Shown here: piece by piece, positions 1 to 7,564 of the stretch
Position numbering within the stretch: the stretch's first letter is position 1
How the letters are laid out: each line of letters begins with the position of its first letter
DNA from: Pseudomonadota bacterium
GTDB lineage: Bacteria > Pseudomonadota > Gammaproteobacteria > JAKAQQ01
Reading direction: 5' to 3'
Assembly: GCA_027320085.1 (NCBI GenBank)
Contig: DAHVLZ010000022.1
Coordinates: 1-10,219, forward strand
Length of the DNA: 10,219 bases
Notes under the pieces: model-generated
The model's database searches: none
The model's input: only the letters and a program-made list of their open reading frames with translations
Told to the model about the DNA's origin: nothing
Translations under genes and position numbers: made by a program

Positions 1-1949
1 TGCCAGCTCTGGCCGTAGTTGTCGGTCCGGTAGACGTAGGGCCGGTTGTTGCCGAGCTCATGGGCATCGAAGCTGAGGTAGGCGGAGCCGGCGTGGAAGG
101 GGGAGACGCCGATCTGGTAGACGCGGGCCCAGGCGGGCGCGTCCGGTGGGGTCACCTTCTGCCAGCTTGCTCCCCCATTGCGGGTGACCCAGACGAGGCC
201 GTCGTCGGTGCCGACCCAGAGGACCTGGGGGTTCGTCCGGGCGATGCTGATCGATTCGATCGTGTCGTAGTTTTCGGCACCGGAGAGATCGTAGTTCACG
301 GGACCGCCCGTGAGTCCCTCCTTGGCCTTGGCGTTCCGGGTGAGGTCGGGACTGATCACCTTCCAGTGGTGTCCGCCATCGAGACTCCGGAAAAGCACGT
401 TGGCCCCGAGGTAGACCTCGTTCGGATTCGTGTAGGAGACCGCGATCGGCGCCGTCCAGTTGAAACGGTATTTCTCCTGGGCGAGGGGTCGGCTGCTCGA
501 AAAGCCGCTGAAGGTCGGGATGATGAAGTGGCTTTGTCCGGTCGCCCGGTTGTAACGGACAATGAAACCGGTCTGGGAGTCGGCGTAGATCCTTTGGGAA
601 TCGCTCCACGCCGGGATGGCGTATTGGCCATCCCCGCCGGCCACGATGAACCAGTCGCTGCCCGTGACCGAACCGCGGTTGTATTCGCTCGAGGGGCCGC
701 ACCAGGCGTTGTTGTCCTGGATGCCGCCGCAGATCCAGAACGGGTGGCCGGGGGATACGGCCACCGAGTAAAACTCCTCGATGGGGAGATTGTTGAGAAA
801 ACGCCAGTTCCGGCCGCCGTTCAGGCTGAGCGCGACGCCCCCGTCATTGCCCTGGATGATGCGGTTGGCATTGGCCGGGTCGATCCAGATGGCGTGGTGG
901 TCGACATGGATCATCGGGTCCGCGTAAAAGACGGTCTTGCCGCCATTCTTGGACTCCATCATCTCCATGGAGAGGAAAAAGATCCGGTTGGGATCGGCGG
1001 GCGAGACGGCCAGCTGGGTGAAATAGAAGGGACGGACGTCCATGTTGGCGTTGTCACTCACGAAGTGCCATCGGGACCCGAGATCGTCCGAGCGCCACAA
1101 AAGCCCCTTCTTGGCCTCGATCAGGGCGTAGATTCGCTGTGGGCGGGAGGGGGCAAAGGCGAAGGCGATGCGCCCGTAAGGTTTGGGGGGCAGGCCGTGG
1201 GTCAAAGGCTTCCAGGTGCGGCCACCGTCGACCGACCGCCAGAGACCGCTGCCGGGGCCGCCGTCGACGAGCTTCCAGGGAAAGCGCCGCACCTGCCAGG
1301 TCGAAGCCAGAAGCACCTCGGGGTTGCCGGGTTCGAACGCCACGTCGCCGCACCCGGTCTCGGCATTGCCGGAAAGGACGCGTTGCCAGCTCTCCCCGCC
1401 GTTTGTGCTCCGGTAAAGCCCGCGCGGTCCGCCCGGCTTCCAGACGTTGCCGAGCGCACAGACGAAAACGAGGTCCGGGTTTTCGGGATCCACCGCGATG
1501 CGGGAGATCTGTCCGGCATGACGGAATCCCATGAAACGCCAGCTCGCCCCGGCATCGGAGGAAAAATAGACCCCGCCGCCTGTGATCATGTCGTTCCGGG
1601 GGTTGGCCTCGCCGGTCCCGACCCAGACGAGGTTGGGGTTGCTTGGGGCGAGGGCAATGCTACCGATCGAGGAGGTGTCGCCGTGACGGAGGATCTCCTT
1701 CCAGCTATTCCCGCCGTCGGTGGTTTTCCAGACGCCGCCGCCGGCTGCGCCCACGTAGTAGACCAGGGGATCATGGGGGATGCCGACCACGGTGGTGATC
1801 CGTCCGCCGGCGATGGCCGGTCCGATGTTGCGGAGCTTGACCCCGGCCCAGGGGTTCGGGGCCGCCCACGACGGAGCCGTCGCGAGGAGGAGGGTGAGGA
1901 GGATTGTCGGAACGGTCCGGCGGGGGGAGTGGATGTGATGGGTTTTCAT
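1..1949 (-). CDS. Secreted Asp-box (BNR) repeat / VPS10-sortilin-like beta-propeller protein (often annotated glycosyl hydrolase); 3' end outside window
   Basis: Hand translation of segments from ATG 1949: MKTHHIHSPRRTVPTILLTLLLATAPSWA|APNPWAGVKLRNIGPAIAGGRITTVVGIPHDPLVYYVGAAGGGVWKTTDGGNSW. It has a Sec-type signal peptide and about 10 Asp-box-like motifs (TTDGGNSW, SSDAGASW, STNGGESW, SVDGGRTW, SDDLGSRW, SKNGGKTV, SLNGGRNW, SLDGGHHW, TRNGGASW, TDNYGQSW). The same frame still reads RPYVYRTDNYGQSW at the window edge (649 codons visible). Confidence 0.92.
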   Translation of the reverse strand, partial: MKTHHIHSPRRTVPTILLTLLLATAPSWAAPNPWAGVKLRNIGPAIAGGRITTVVGIPHDPLVYYVGAAGGGVWKTTDGGNSWKEILRHGDTSSIGSIALAPSNPNLVWVGTGEANPRNDMITGGGVYFSSDAGASWRFMGFRHAGQISRIAVDPENPDLVFVCALGNVWKPGGPRGLYRSTNGGESWQRVLSGNAETGCGDVAFEPGNPEVLLASTWQVRRFPWKLVDGGPGSGLWRSVDGGRTWKPLTHGLPPKPYGRIAFAFAPSRPQRIYALIEAKKGLLWRSDDLGSRWHFVSDNANMDVRPFYFTQLAVSPADPNRIFFLSMEMMESKNGGKTVFYADPMIHVDHHAIWIDPANANRIIQGNDGGVALSLNGGRNWRFLNNLPIEEFYSVAVSPGHPFWICGGIQDNNAWCGPSSEYNRGSVTGSDWFIVAGGDGQYAIPAWSDSQRIYADSQTGFIVRYNRATGQSHFIIPTFSGFSSSRPLAQEKYRFNWTAPIAVSYTNPNEVYLGANVLFRSLDGGHHWKVISPDLTRNAKAKEGLTGGPVNYDLSGAENYDTIESISIARTNPQVLWVGTDDGLVWVTRNGGASWQKVTPPDAPAWARVYQIGVSPFHAGSAYLSFDAHELGNNRPYVYRTDNYGQSW

Positions 1950-2036
1950 GAGGAAGTCTCGCGGAAGATGGTTTTCTGTTTTTCCGTGGGGCACGGACCG
2001 GGGGCCTTCCTATCGATCCCGTAACCCGGTCAACGG

Positions 2037-2066
2037 ATTCTATAACCCGCGGACCGAAAACCGCAA
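2037..2066 (-). promoter_or_regulatory. Putative sigma70 promoter of the Asp-box protein gene
   Basis: Minus strand TTGCGG (2066-2061), 18 nt, TAGAAT (2042-2037), about 90 nt upstream of ATG 1949. Confidence 0.4.
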
Positions 2067-2179
2067 GCGGATGTATTCGTCCGGTTTTTTGGGCACTTCG
2101 GCGGGTATTCAACGAGCCCGGACAAGGGGATTGAGACCGAGGTGGGGGCAATGCCCGACCCGCCACCCAATTAAATAAA

Positions 2180-2299
2180 TGTGGAGAGTGCCACCCCTCT
2201 CCCCTGAGGGGTGGGGTCGGGATGGGGAACGGCCTCTTCTCGACGACAGTACAGGCTCCCGAGCGGGTTCGTGTGTCCGCAGTCAGCCTCGCTTTCACC
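2180..2299 (-). mobile_element. Possible non-autonomous IS110-family remnant (ends only, no recombinase) or structured ncRNA
   Basis: Minus strand GGTGAAAGCGAGGCTGACTGCGGACACACGAACCCGCTCGGGAGCCTGTACTGTCGTCGAGAAGAGGCCGTTCCCC...CACTCTCCACA with nested stems. The resemblance to IS110 non-coding ends is recalled, not searched. Confidence 0.35.
2191..2214. repeat. Perfect 9-bp inverted repeat (hairpin)
   Basis: CCACCCCTC (2191-2199), loop TCCCCT, GAGGGGTGG (2206-2214). Confidence 0.75.
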
Positions 2300-2320
2300 G
2301 GACCGGCCGGGGCTTTGGCT

Positions 2321-2326
2321 TACAAT
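2321..2326 (+). promoter_or_regulatory. Putative -10 element for gpmA
   Basis: TACAAT in a GC-rich background, ending 28 nt before ATG 2355. No convincing -35 at 16-18 nt spacing. Confidence 0.35.
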
Positions 2327-2354
2327 AGAAGGCTCGAACGACGCCTCGAGTCCC

Positions 2355-3092
2355 ATGTCCGATCTCATCCTGCTGCGCCATGGAGAAAGCCTGTGGAACG
2401 CCCAAGGCCGCTTTACCGGCTGGCAGGATGCCGACCTGAGCGATCGCGGGATTGCCGAGGCCCATCGTGCGGCAACCCTTCTGGCCGAGGCCGGACTGAT
2501 CCCGGACCGGGCCTGGACCTCTCTTCTGACCCGGGCCATCCGGACCCTGGACATCGTCCTGGATGACCTGGGCCGACTCTGGATCCCGGTCGAGAAGACC
2601 TGGCGGCTGAATGAGCGGCACTACGGGGCCCTCGAGGGGAAGAGCAAGAAAGAGGTGGCCCGCATGGCGGGAGAGGCGCAGGTGGCCTTGTGGCGCCGCA
2701 GTTACGACGTCCCTCCGCCCGCGCTCGATTTCGACGATCCCCGTCATCCCCGTTTCGATGCCCGCTACCGGGAGTGGGATCCGCGGGCGCTCCCCGCAGG
2801 CGAGTCCCTGAAGCAGGCCCAGGAACGGGTCCTGCCCTCCTGGAAGGCGGGGATCCTTCCCGCCCTCAAGTCAGGTGCCTGTATCCTCGTGGCCGCCCAC
2901 GGCAACAGTCTCCGCGCCCTGATCAAGATGCTGGATGGCGTCGATGATCAGGCGATCAGCCAGCTCAACGTGCCGACCGGGATTCCCCTCTGGTACCGGA
3001 TTGATCCCCAGGGACAGGCAGCCGAACACCGCTTCCTCGGGGATCCCGAGACCACCCGGGATGCCATCGAGCGGGTCTCGCAGGGAACCTGA
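2355..3092 (+). CDS. gpmA: 2,3-bisphosphoglycerate-dependent phosphoglycerate mutase
   Basis: LILLRHGESLWN (phospho-His motif), RFTGWQD, WRLNERHYGAL, WRRSYDVPPP, GESLK, AAHGNSLRAL, LNVPTGIPL. Start moved from 2211 to ATG 2355 (MSDLILLRHG), matching the family N-terminus; 245 aa. Confidence 0.96.
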   Translation: MSDLILLRHGESLWNAQGRFTGWQDADLSDRGIAEAHRAATLLAEAGLIPDRAWTSLLTRAIRTLDIVLDDLGRLWIPVEKTWRLNERHYGALEGKSKKEVARMAGEAQVALWRRSYDVPPPALDFDDPRHPRFDARYREWDPRALPAGESLKQAQERVLPSWKAGILPALKSGACILVAAHGNSLRALIKMLDGVDDQAISQLNVPTGIPLWYRIDPQGQAAEHRFLGDPETTRDAIERVSQGT

Positions 3093-3105
3093 GGATCCGG
3101 GAACC

Positions 3106-4020
3106 TCAGTCTTTGGGCTGCGCGAGCCCTGAGGGAAGCCCGGGAGAGGCTCGTTCGGTGATCGCTCCATAGGCATCGATCCGCCGATCCCGCAAGAACG
3201 GCCAGCTTGCACGGACCGCCCCGGTCCGTTCCCCGTCCAGTTCGACGACCTGGACCGAGGCCTGGTCGGAGGTGGGCGGGGAGAGGTACTCGCCTTGCGG
3301 GCCGGCTGCGAACCCATGTCCCCAGAAATGGATCCCGGCAGATTGCCCGGACGGATCCGCTTCGTGTCCGGTCCGGTTGGCGACCAGGACCGGACAGCCG
3401 TTGGCAATGGCATGCGCGCGCTGGATGGTGATCCAGGCGTCGAGTTCCCGGGTGCGGACTTCAGGCGGATCGCCGGGATTCCAGCCGATGGCCGTGGGAT
3501 AGAGGAGACAGTCGGCGCCGGCCAGGCACAGGAGCCGGGCCGCTTCGGGGAACCACTGGTCCCAGCAGACGAGCACCCCGAGACGACCCGCCGAACAGTC
3601 GATGGGACAAAACCCGGTGTCCCCGGGGGTGAAGTAGTACTTCTCGAAATAACCGGGATCGTCGGGAATGTGCATCTTCCGGTAAATCCCGGCCACGGAA
3701 CCATCCCGTTCCACGACCAGGGCCGTGTTGTGGCAGATCCCCGGCAGGCGTGCTTCGAAGAGGGAGGTCACGATGACCAGATCGTATCTCCGGGCCCATT
3801 GTCCGAGCATGCGCGCATGTTCTCCGTCCAGGCGCTCGGCCCTCGCAAAATGGGCCGCCGATTCGGTCTGGCAAAAATAGGGATCGAAAACGAGTTCGGG
3901 AAGGAGTGCGAGTTGAGCCCCCCGGGAACGGGCTTTTTCGAGTGCCGCCTCGATCTGACCGCGGTGCCGGTCCGGTTCCGGATCGTGGCAGAGGTCGATC
4001 AAGGCGAAGCGGCGTTTCAT
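3106..4020 (-). CDS. aguB: N-carbamoylputrescine amidase (carbon-nitrogen hydrolase/nitrilase family)
   Basis: Glu-Lys-Cys triad motifs LLPEL, YRKMHIPDDPGYFEKYYFTPGD and VCWDQWFPEAAR; also YPTAIGW and WPFLRDRR. ATG 4020 follows GAGGA and overlaps the aguA stop (ATGA); 304 aa. Adjacency to agmatine deiminase supports the substrate call. Confidence 0.88.
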   Translation of the reverse strand: MKRRFALIDLCHDPEPDRHRGQIEAALEKARSRGAQLALLPELVFDPYFCQTESAAHFARAERLDGEHARMLGQWARRYDLVIVTSLFEARLPGICHNTALVVERDGSVAGIYRKMHIPDDPGYFEKYYFTPGDTGFCPIDCSAGRLGVLVCWDQWFPEAARLLCLAGADCLLYPTAIGWNPGDPPEVRTRELDAWITIQRAHAIANGCPVLVANRTGHEADPSGQSAGIHFWGHGFAAGPQGEYLSPPTSDQASVQVVELDGERTGAVRASWPFLRDRRIDAYGAITERASPGLPSGLAQPKD

Positions 4021-5174
4021 GTTGGGTCCTCGAAAAACTCGGATCCGGTGGGCGCGGGGGAGGGCGACTTCCCTTCCATGATAGTCGCAGGGCCGTCCGG
4101 AGATTCGGGGATCACCCCGGCGGGGATTTGCAGGCTCGCGCAATGCAGGCTCCCGTACTGGGCGATCAAGGGACCGGCATCGATCAGGTAGGGATACCGG
4201 CCCGGAAAGGCCTGGGCGAGGAGGGCGCGAGCCGGAGAGTCGGCCTCGACCCCGTACTGCGGGATCAGGAGCGCGTCATTCAGGATCAGGAAGTTGGCGT
4301 AGGTGGCGGGCAAGGGTCGGTCTTCGGAGTCGGTGATCCGGCCGGGTGAAGGCAGCTCGATCCGCCTATAGGGTGCTCCGTGCTCATCCCTGAGTCCGGC
4401 GAGCTCACGCGACAGGGATTCCAAGGCCCGACGCACCGAAGGGTCCGGGTGTCCCGTCCCGCCCTGGTGAATCAGGACCCGTGGCGAGGCGAGGCGGACG
4501 AGGGTGTCGATGTGGGCGTCCGTGTCATCGCCGGGGAGGGCTTCGGCATCGAGCCAAAGGACCCGGTGGACCCCGAGCCTCTCGCCGATGATCGCCTCGA
4601 TCCCGTTTTCATCGCGCGCCCCGCGATTGGGGTTGAGGAGGCAGCGGCGGGTGGTGATCACAGTCCCCCCTCCATCCGTCTCGAGGCTTCCCCCCTCGAG
4701 AACCTCCGGGCAGGATTCGACCACCGTCGGGCCCCAGATCCCCTTTTCCGAAAGCCGCCGCGTGACTTGGTCATCGTCTGCGTGGGGATACTTGCCGCCC
4801 CAGCCGGTGAAGCGGAAGTCGACGAGTCTCGTCTGCCCATCCTCGAGGACGGCGAGCGGGCCGTAGTCACGGACCCAGAGGTCGTTTGCGGGAAGCGGAA
4901 TCCAGTCGATCAGGCGGGGATCGCCACCGAGCCGGGTCACCTCCATCGCCCGGGGTGCAAAACCCGCGGGAGGCGTGAGGAAGAGAACCCTTTCATGGCG
5001 GCTGATCGCGGCCGCCATGGCCAAAAGCCGGAGCTCCACCCCCTCCCGTTCGGTCTCTTTAAACCCGCTCGTGGCCCGTGGCCAGCACAGGAGCACCGCA
5101 CTCTGGGGTTCCCACTCGGCCGGCCAGCGGCGGCGGGCGGAGACCGCCTCCGCCCTTCGTTGGGGCGTTCCCAC
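4017..5174 (-). CDS. aguA: Agmatine deiminase (PAD_porph family)
   Basis: PAEWEPQ, WVRDYGP, FTGWGGKY, LEGGSLETDG, DDTDAHIDT, PATYANF, and GSLHC with the catalytic Cys. GTG start 3 nt after the upstream ORF stop; exact start uncertain. Confidence 0.92.
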   Translation of the reverse strand: MGTPQRRAEAVSARRRWPAEWEPQSAVLLCWPRATSGFKETEREGVELRLLAMAAAISRHERVLFLTPPAGFAPRAMEVTRLGGDPRLIDWIPLPANDLWVRDYGPLAVLEDGQTRLVDFRFTGWGGKYPHADDDQVTRRLSEKGIWGPTVVESCPEVLEGGSLETDGGGTVITTRRCLLNPNRGARDENGIEAIIGERLGVHRVLWLDAEALPGDDTDAHIDTLVRLASPRVLIHQGGTGHPDPSVRRALESLSRELAGLRDEHGAPYRRIELPSPGRITDSEDRPLPATYANFLILNDALLIPQYGVEADSPARALLAQAFPGRYPYLIDAGPLIAQYGSLHCASLQIPAGVIPESPDGPATIMEGKSPSPAPTGSEFFEDPT

Positions 5175-5177
5175 CGT

Positions 5178-5480
5178 TCAGCGGGGAGGGCGCGAAGGCA
5201 GGGGATCGGGCTGGGGGAGCCTCAAGGGGTGGGTCTCGATGCTCGCGATGACCCGTCGCTCCTCGAAGACCACCACGAAGTCCGGATAGACCCATTGCCG
5301 GTAATGGTGGATGCCGATCGGTCCCGTCTTGGAGAGGGGATGGCCCCAGATGCCCTGCACATTGGCCAGGGTCATCCAGCGGACCGGGAGCCGCCGGCTG
5401 GCCGCCCGGGCAGGGGGGGGAGTGGTGGTCAGGAGGAGCCCCGACATGACGCCGGCGGTGAGAATCGTTATGATACGCAT
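5178..5480 (-). CDS. Small secreted hypothetical protein (100 aa)
   Basis: SD-like GGGGAGGG upstream, signal peptide ending ARA|A, core LPVRWMTLANVQGIWGHP...QWVYPDFVVVFEERRVIAS, Pro-rich tail. It fills the gap between the predicted promoter and aguA. Confidence 0.78.
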   Translation of the reverse strand: MRIITILTAGVMSGLLLTTTPPPARAASRRLPVRWMTLANVQGIWGHPLSKTGPIGIHHYRQWVYPDFVVVFEERRVIASIETHPLRLPQPDPLPSRPPR

Positions 5481-5501
5481 GCCCCAGCCCTCCCCGTGAA
5501 C

Positions 5502-5522
5502 CGTTGTGAGCGGAAATCACTT
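5502..5522. promoter_or_regulatory. Dyad-symmetric candidate operator
   Basis: TGTGA-N7-TCACT at 5505-5521. CGTTGTGAGCGGAAATCACTT matches lacO1 at 16 of 21 positions by hand count. Confidence 0.3.
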
Positions 5523-5526
5523 TTCC

Positions 5527-5554
5527 ATCATAAATCTTTTCCGGGGAAAGACAA
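5527..5554 (-). promoter_or_regulatory. Putative sigma70 promoter for the small ORF-aguA-aguB unit
   Basis: Minus strand TTGTCT (5554-5549), 16 nt, TATGAT (5532-5527), in an AT-rich patch. Confidence 0.45.
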
Positions 5555-5581
5555 GCCGCCGCTAGGGACGGACCGCCTTCC

Positions 5582-6829
5582 ATGTACCGCCCGTTTTCAC
5601 TGTTCGTGGCACTGCGTTACCTCAAGGTCCAACGCCGCAACCGTTTCGTTTCGGTCATTTCGCTGATCTCGGTTCTGGGCATCACCATCGGGGTCGCGGC
5701 CTTGATCACGGTGCTTTCGGTCATGAACGGTTTTGACCATGAACTCCGGAAGCGCATCGTCGGCATGACGCCGGAGGTCACGGTCTCCGCCTTCAGCGGC
5801 GCCCTCAAGAACTGGTCGCAGGTGGCCCGGTTCGGGCGGGGGATTCCCGGCGTGACCGGGGCGGCCCCGGTGGTCTCGGGGGAGGCCATGCTGGCCGCCG
5901 ACGGCAACCTCGGGGGAGCCCGCATCGAGGGCATCCGTCCGCGCCAAGAAGCCTCCGTGCTCAACTTGGCGCCCAAGCTGGTCGCGGGACATCTCGCAGG
6001 CCTGCAAGGCGCGCACTGGAACATCATTCTCGGGCGCAACCTGGCCTACGATCTCGGCGTCACCGTGGGCAACCATGTGATTCTCATGGTCCCCGAGGGT
6101 CTGGTGACGCCGGCGGGACTCATCCCGCGGGTCCGGCGTTTCCGGGTGGTCGGCATCTTCGATGCCGGCGACTACGCCTTCGATCATGGGCTGGCCTTCA
6201 TCGGCCTGGACCAGGCCCAGAGGCTCTTCGGTCTTGGTCATCGCGTGAGTGCTGTCCAGTTCCGCCTCCATCATTCGCTCGACGCCCCCCGGGTGGCGCG
6301 AAAGCTCGTGAACCGGCTGGGCGGCAATGACTACGTGAGCAACTGGATGAGTCAGAACCGGAGCCTGTTCGATGCCATCGCCACCGAAAAACGGGTCATG
6401 TTCCTGATCCTGCTCCTGATCGTCGCCGTCGCGGCCTTCAATATCATCTCCACGCTTGTGATGGTGGTGAATGACAAGACTGCGGAAATCGCCATCCTGA
6501 GGACGCTCGGGGCACGACAGGGGACGATCATGTCGGTGTTCATCCTGCAGGGTGTCTTGATCGGGCTCATCGGCACGGGGGTCGGGCTCGGGCTCGGTCT
6601 CCTGCTCGCCCACAACGTGGATCCCGTCATGCATTTCATCCGGACGGTCTTCCATGTCAACCTGTTTCCGACCCGCGTCTATTTCATCAACGAGCTGCCC
6701 TCCCGTCCCGAGAGCGGCCAGATCCTCAAGATCACCCTCGTGGCCTTTGGCCTGACGGTTCTCTCCACGCTTTATCCGGCCTGGCGGGCCACCCGCATCC
6801 TGCCGGCCCAGACCCTGCGCCATGAGTGA
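5582..6829 (+). CDS. lolC: Lipoprotein-releasing ABC transporter permease, LolC/E family
   Basis: ALRYL...[30 protein letters not shown], large periplasmic domain, [46 protein letters not shown]-terminus; overlaps lolD. lolC versus lolE cannot be resolved by eye. Confidence 0.93.
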   Translation: MYRPFSLFVALRYLKVQRRNRFVSVISLISVLGITIGVAALITVLSVMNGFDHELRKRIVGMTPEVTVSAFSGALKNWSQVARFGRGIPGVTGAAPVVSGEAMLAADGNLGGARIEGIRPRQEASVLNLAPKLVAGHLAGLQGAHWNIILGRNLAYDLGVTVGNHVILMVPEGLVTPAGLIPRVRRFRVVGIFDAGDYAFDHGLAFIGLDQAQRLFGLGHRVSAVQFRLHHSLDAPRVARKLVNRLGGNDYVSNWMSQNRSLFDAIATEKRVMFLILLLIVAVAAFNIISTLVMVVNDKTAEIAILRTLGARQGTIMSVFILQGVLIGLIGTGVGLGLGLLLAHNVDPVMHFIRTVFHVNLFPTRVYFINELPSRPESGQILKITLVAFGLTVLSTLYPAWRATRILPAQTLRHE

Positions 6830-7505
6830 ACCCGTTCTCGAAGCCCGCGGACTCGGCAAGGATTTCCGGGAGGGTTCCTCGATCCTGACCGTTCTCTCCA
6901 CGGTCGACCTGAGCGTGGGATGCGGCGAGCGCGTGGCGATCGTCGGAACCTCGGGTTCGGGGAAAAGCACGCTCCTGCATCTGCTCGGCGGTCTTGATCA
7001 GCCGACCCGGGGAACCGTTGCGATCCAGGGCCGGCCCCTGTCCAGCCTGCGGGAGCGCGAACGGGCGCTCTTGCGCAACCAGACCCTGGGGTTCGTCTAC
7101 CAGTTTCATCACCTGTTGCCGGAATTTACGCTCCTCGAAAACGTCGCCATGCCGCTTTTGCTGCGCCGGGGGATTTCCCTGGCCGCGGTGCGGCGGGATG
7201 CCCGGGGGCTTTTGGGCGAGGTGGGACTTGCCGATCGCGCCTCGCACCGTCCGGCGGAGCTCTCCGGCGGCGAACGTCAGCGGGCGGCGGTGGCACGGGC
7301 CCTCATCACCCGGCCCGCACTGCTTCTGGCCGACGAGCCCACCGGCAACCTCGACCCGCATACGGCGGAGGGGGTCTACGATCTGCTGCTCGCGCTCAAT
7401 GCCCGCCACGGCACGGCCCTCGTGATCGTGACCCACGAAATGAGACTGGCCGAGCGCATGGACAGGCGGTTCCGTCTCGATGAAACCGCACTGGCCCCCT
7501 TGTGA
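6822..7505 (+). CDS. lolD: Lipoprotein-releasing ABC transporter ATP-binding protein
   Basis: Walker [29 protein letters not shown], signature LSGGERQR, Walker B/D-loop [12 protein letters not shown]-switch VTHE. Confidence 0.95.
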   Translation: MSEPVLEARGLGKDFREGSSILTVLSTVDLSVGCGERVAIVGTSGSGKSTLLHLLGGLDQPTRGTVAIQGRPLSSLRERERALLRNQTLGFVYQFHHLLPEFTLLENVAMPLLLRRGISLAAVRRDARGLLGEVGLADRASHRPAELSGGERQRAAVARALITRPALLLADEPTGNLDPHTAEGVYDLLLALNARHGTALVIVTHEMRLAERMDRRFRLDETALAPL

Positions 7506-7517
7506 AAACTCGCCGGG

Positions 7518-7562
7518 AGCGGTCTCTGGCCACTGTTTCCGTCGGCAAGGAGACCGCTTTTT
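7518..7562 (+). terminator. Putative intrinsic terminator after lolD
   Basis: AGCGGTCTC (7518-7526) pairs with GAGACCGCT (7550-7558), with an imperfect inner GCC/GGC extension and a TTTTT run at 7558-7562. The loop is long and the T tract short. Confidence 0.5.
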
Positions 7563-7564
7563 CA

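Noticed and set aside
60-2024. 654-aa plus-strand ORF
   Set aside because: Codon-aligned antisense shadow of the Asp-box protein; no recognisable motifs; such shadows are common in GC-rich DNA.
2057-2090. Terminator-like stem CGGATG-TATT-CGTCCG followed by GTTTTTT
   Set aside because: No supported plus-strand gene ends here and the stem is weak. It would matter only if an antisense transcript were shown.
2181-2260. Glycine riboswitch (GGAGAG), group II intron domain V (GAGCC...) or tRNA
   Set aside because: Only short words match; the remaining consensus elements and folds are missing.
1771-2298. 175-aa minus ORF across the intergenic region as a possible transposase fragment
   Set aside because: Pro/Arg-rich, no DEDD or other transposase motif, and it overlaps the Asp-box gene out of frame.
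2211-2354. 48-aa N-terminal extension of GpmA in the ORF track
   Set aside because: The family begins just before RHG, and the extension spans the TACAAT -10 and structured non-coding DNA.
4021-4143. N-terminal extension of AguB in the ORF track
   Set aside because: It lies inside aguA; ATG 4020 has an SD and an ATGA overlap.
5505-5521. Canonical CRP site, or lacO vector contamination
   Set aside because: The spacer is 7 nt rather than CRP's 6; the lacO match is imperfect and flanked by native genes with no vector sequence.
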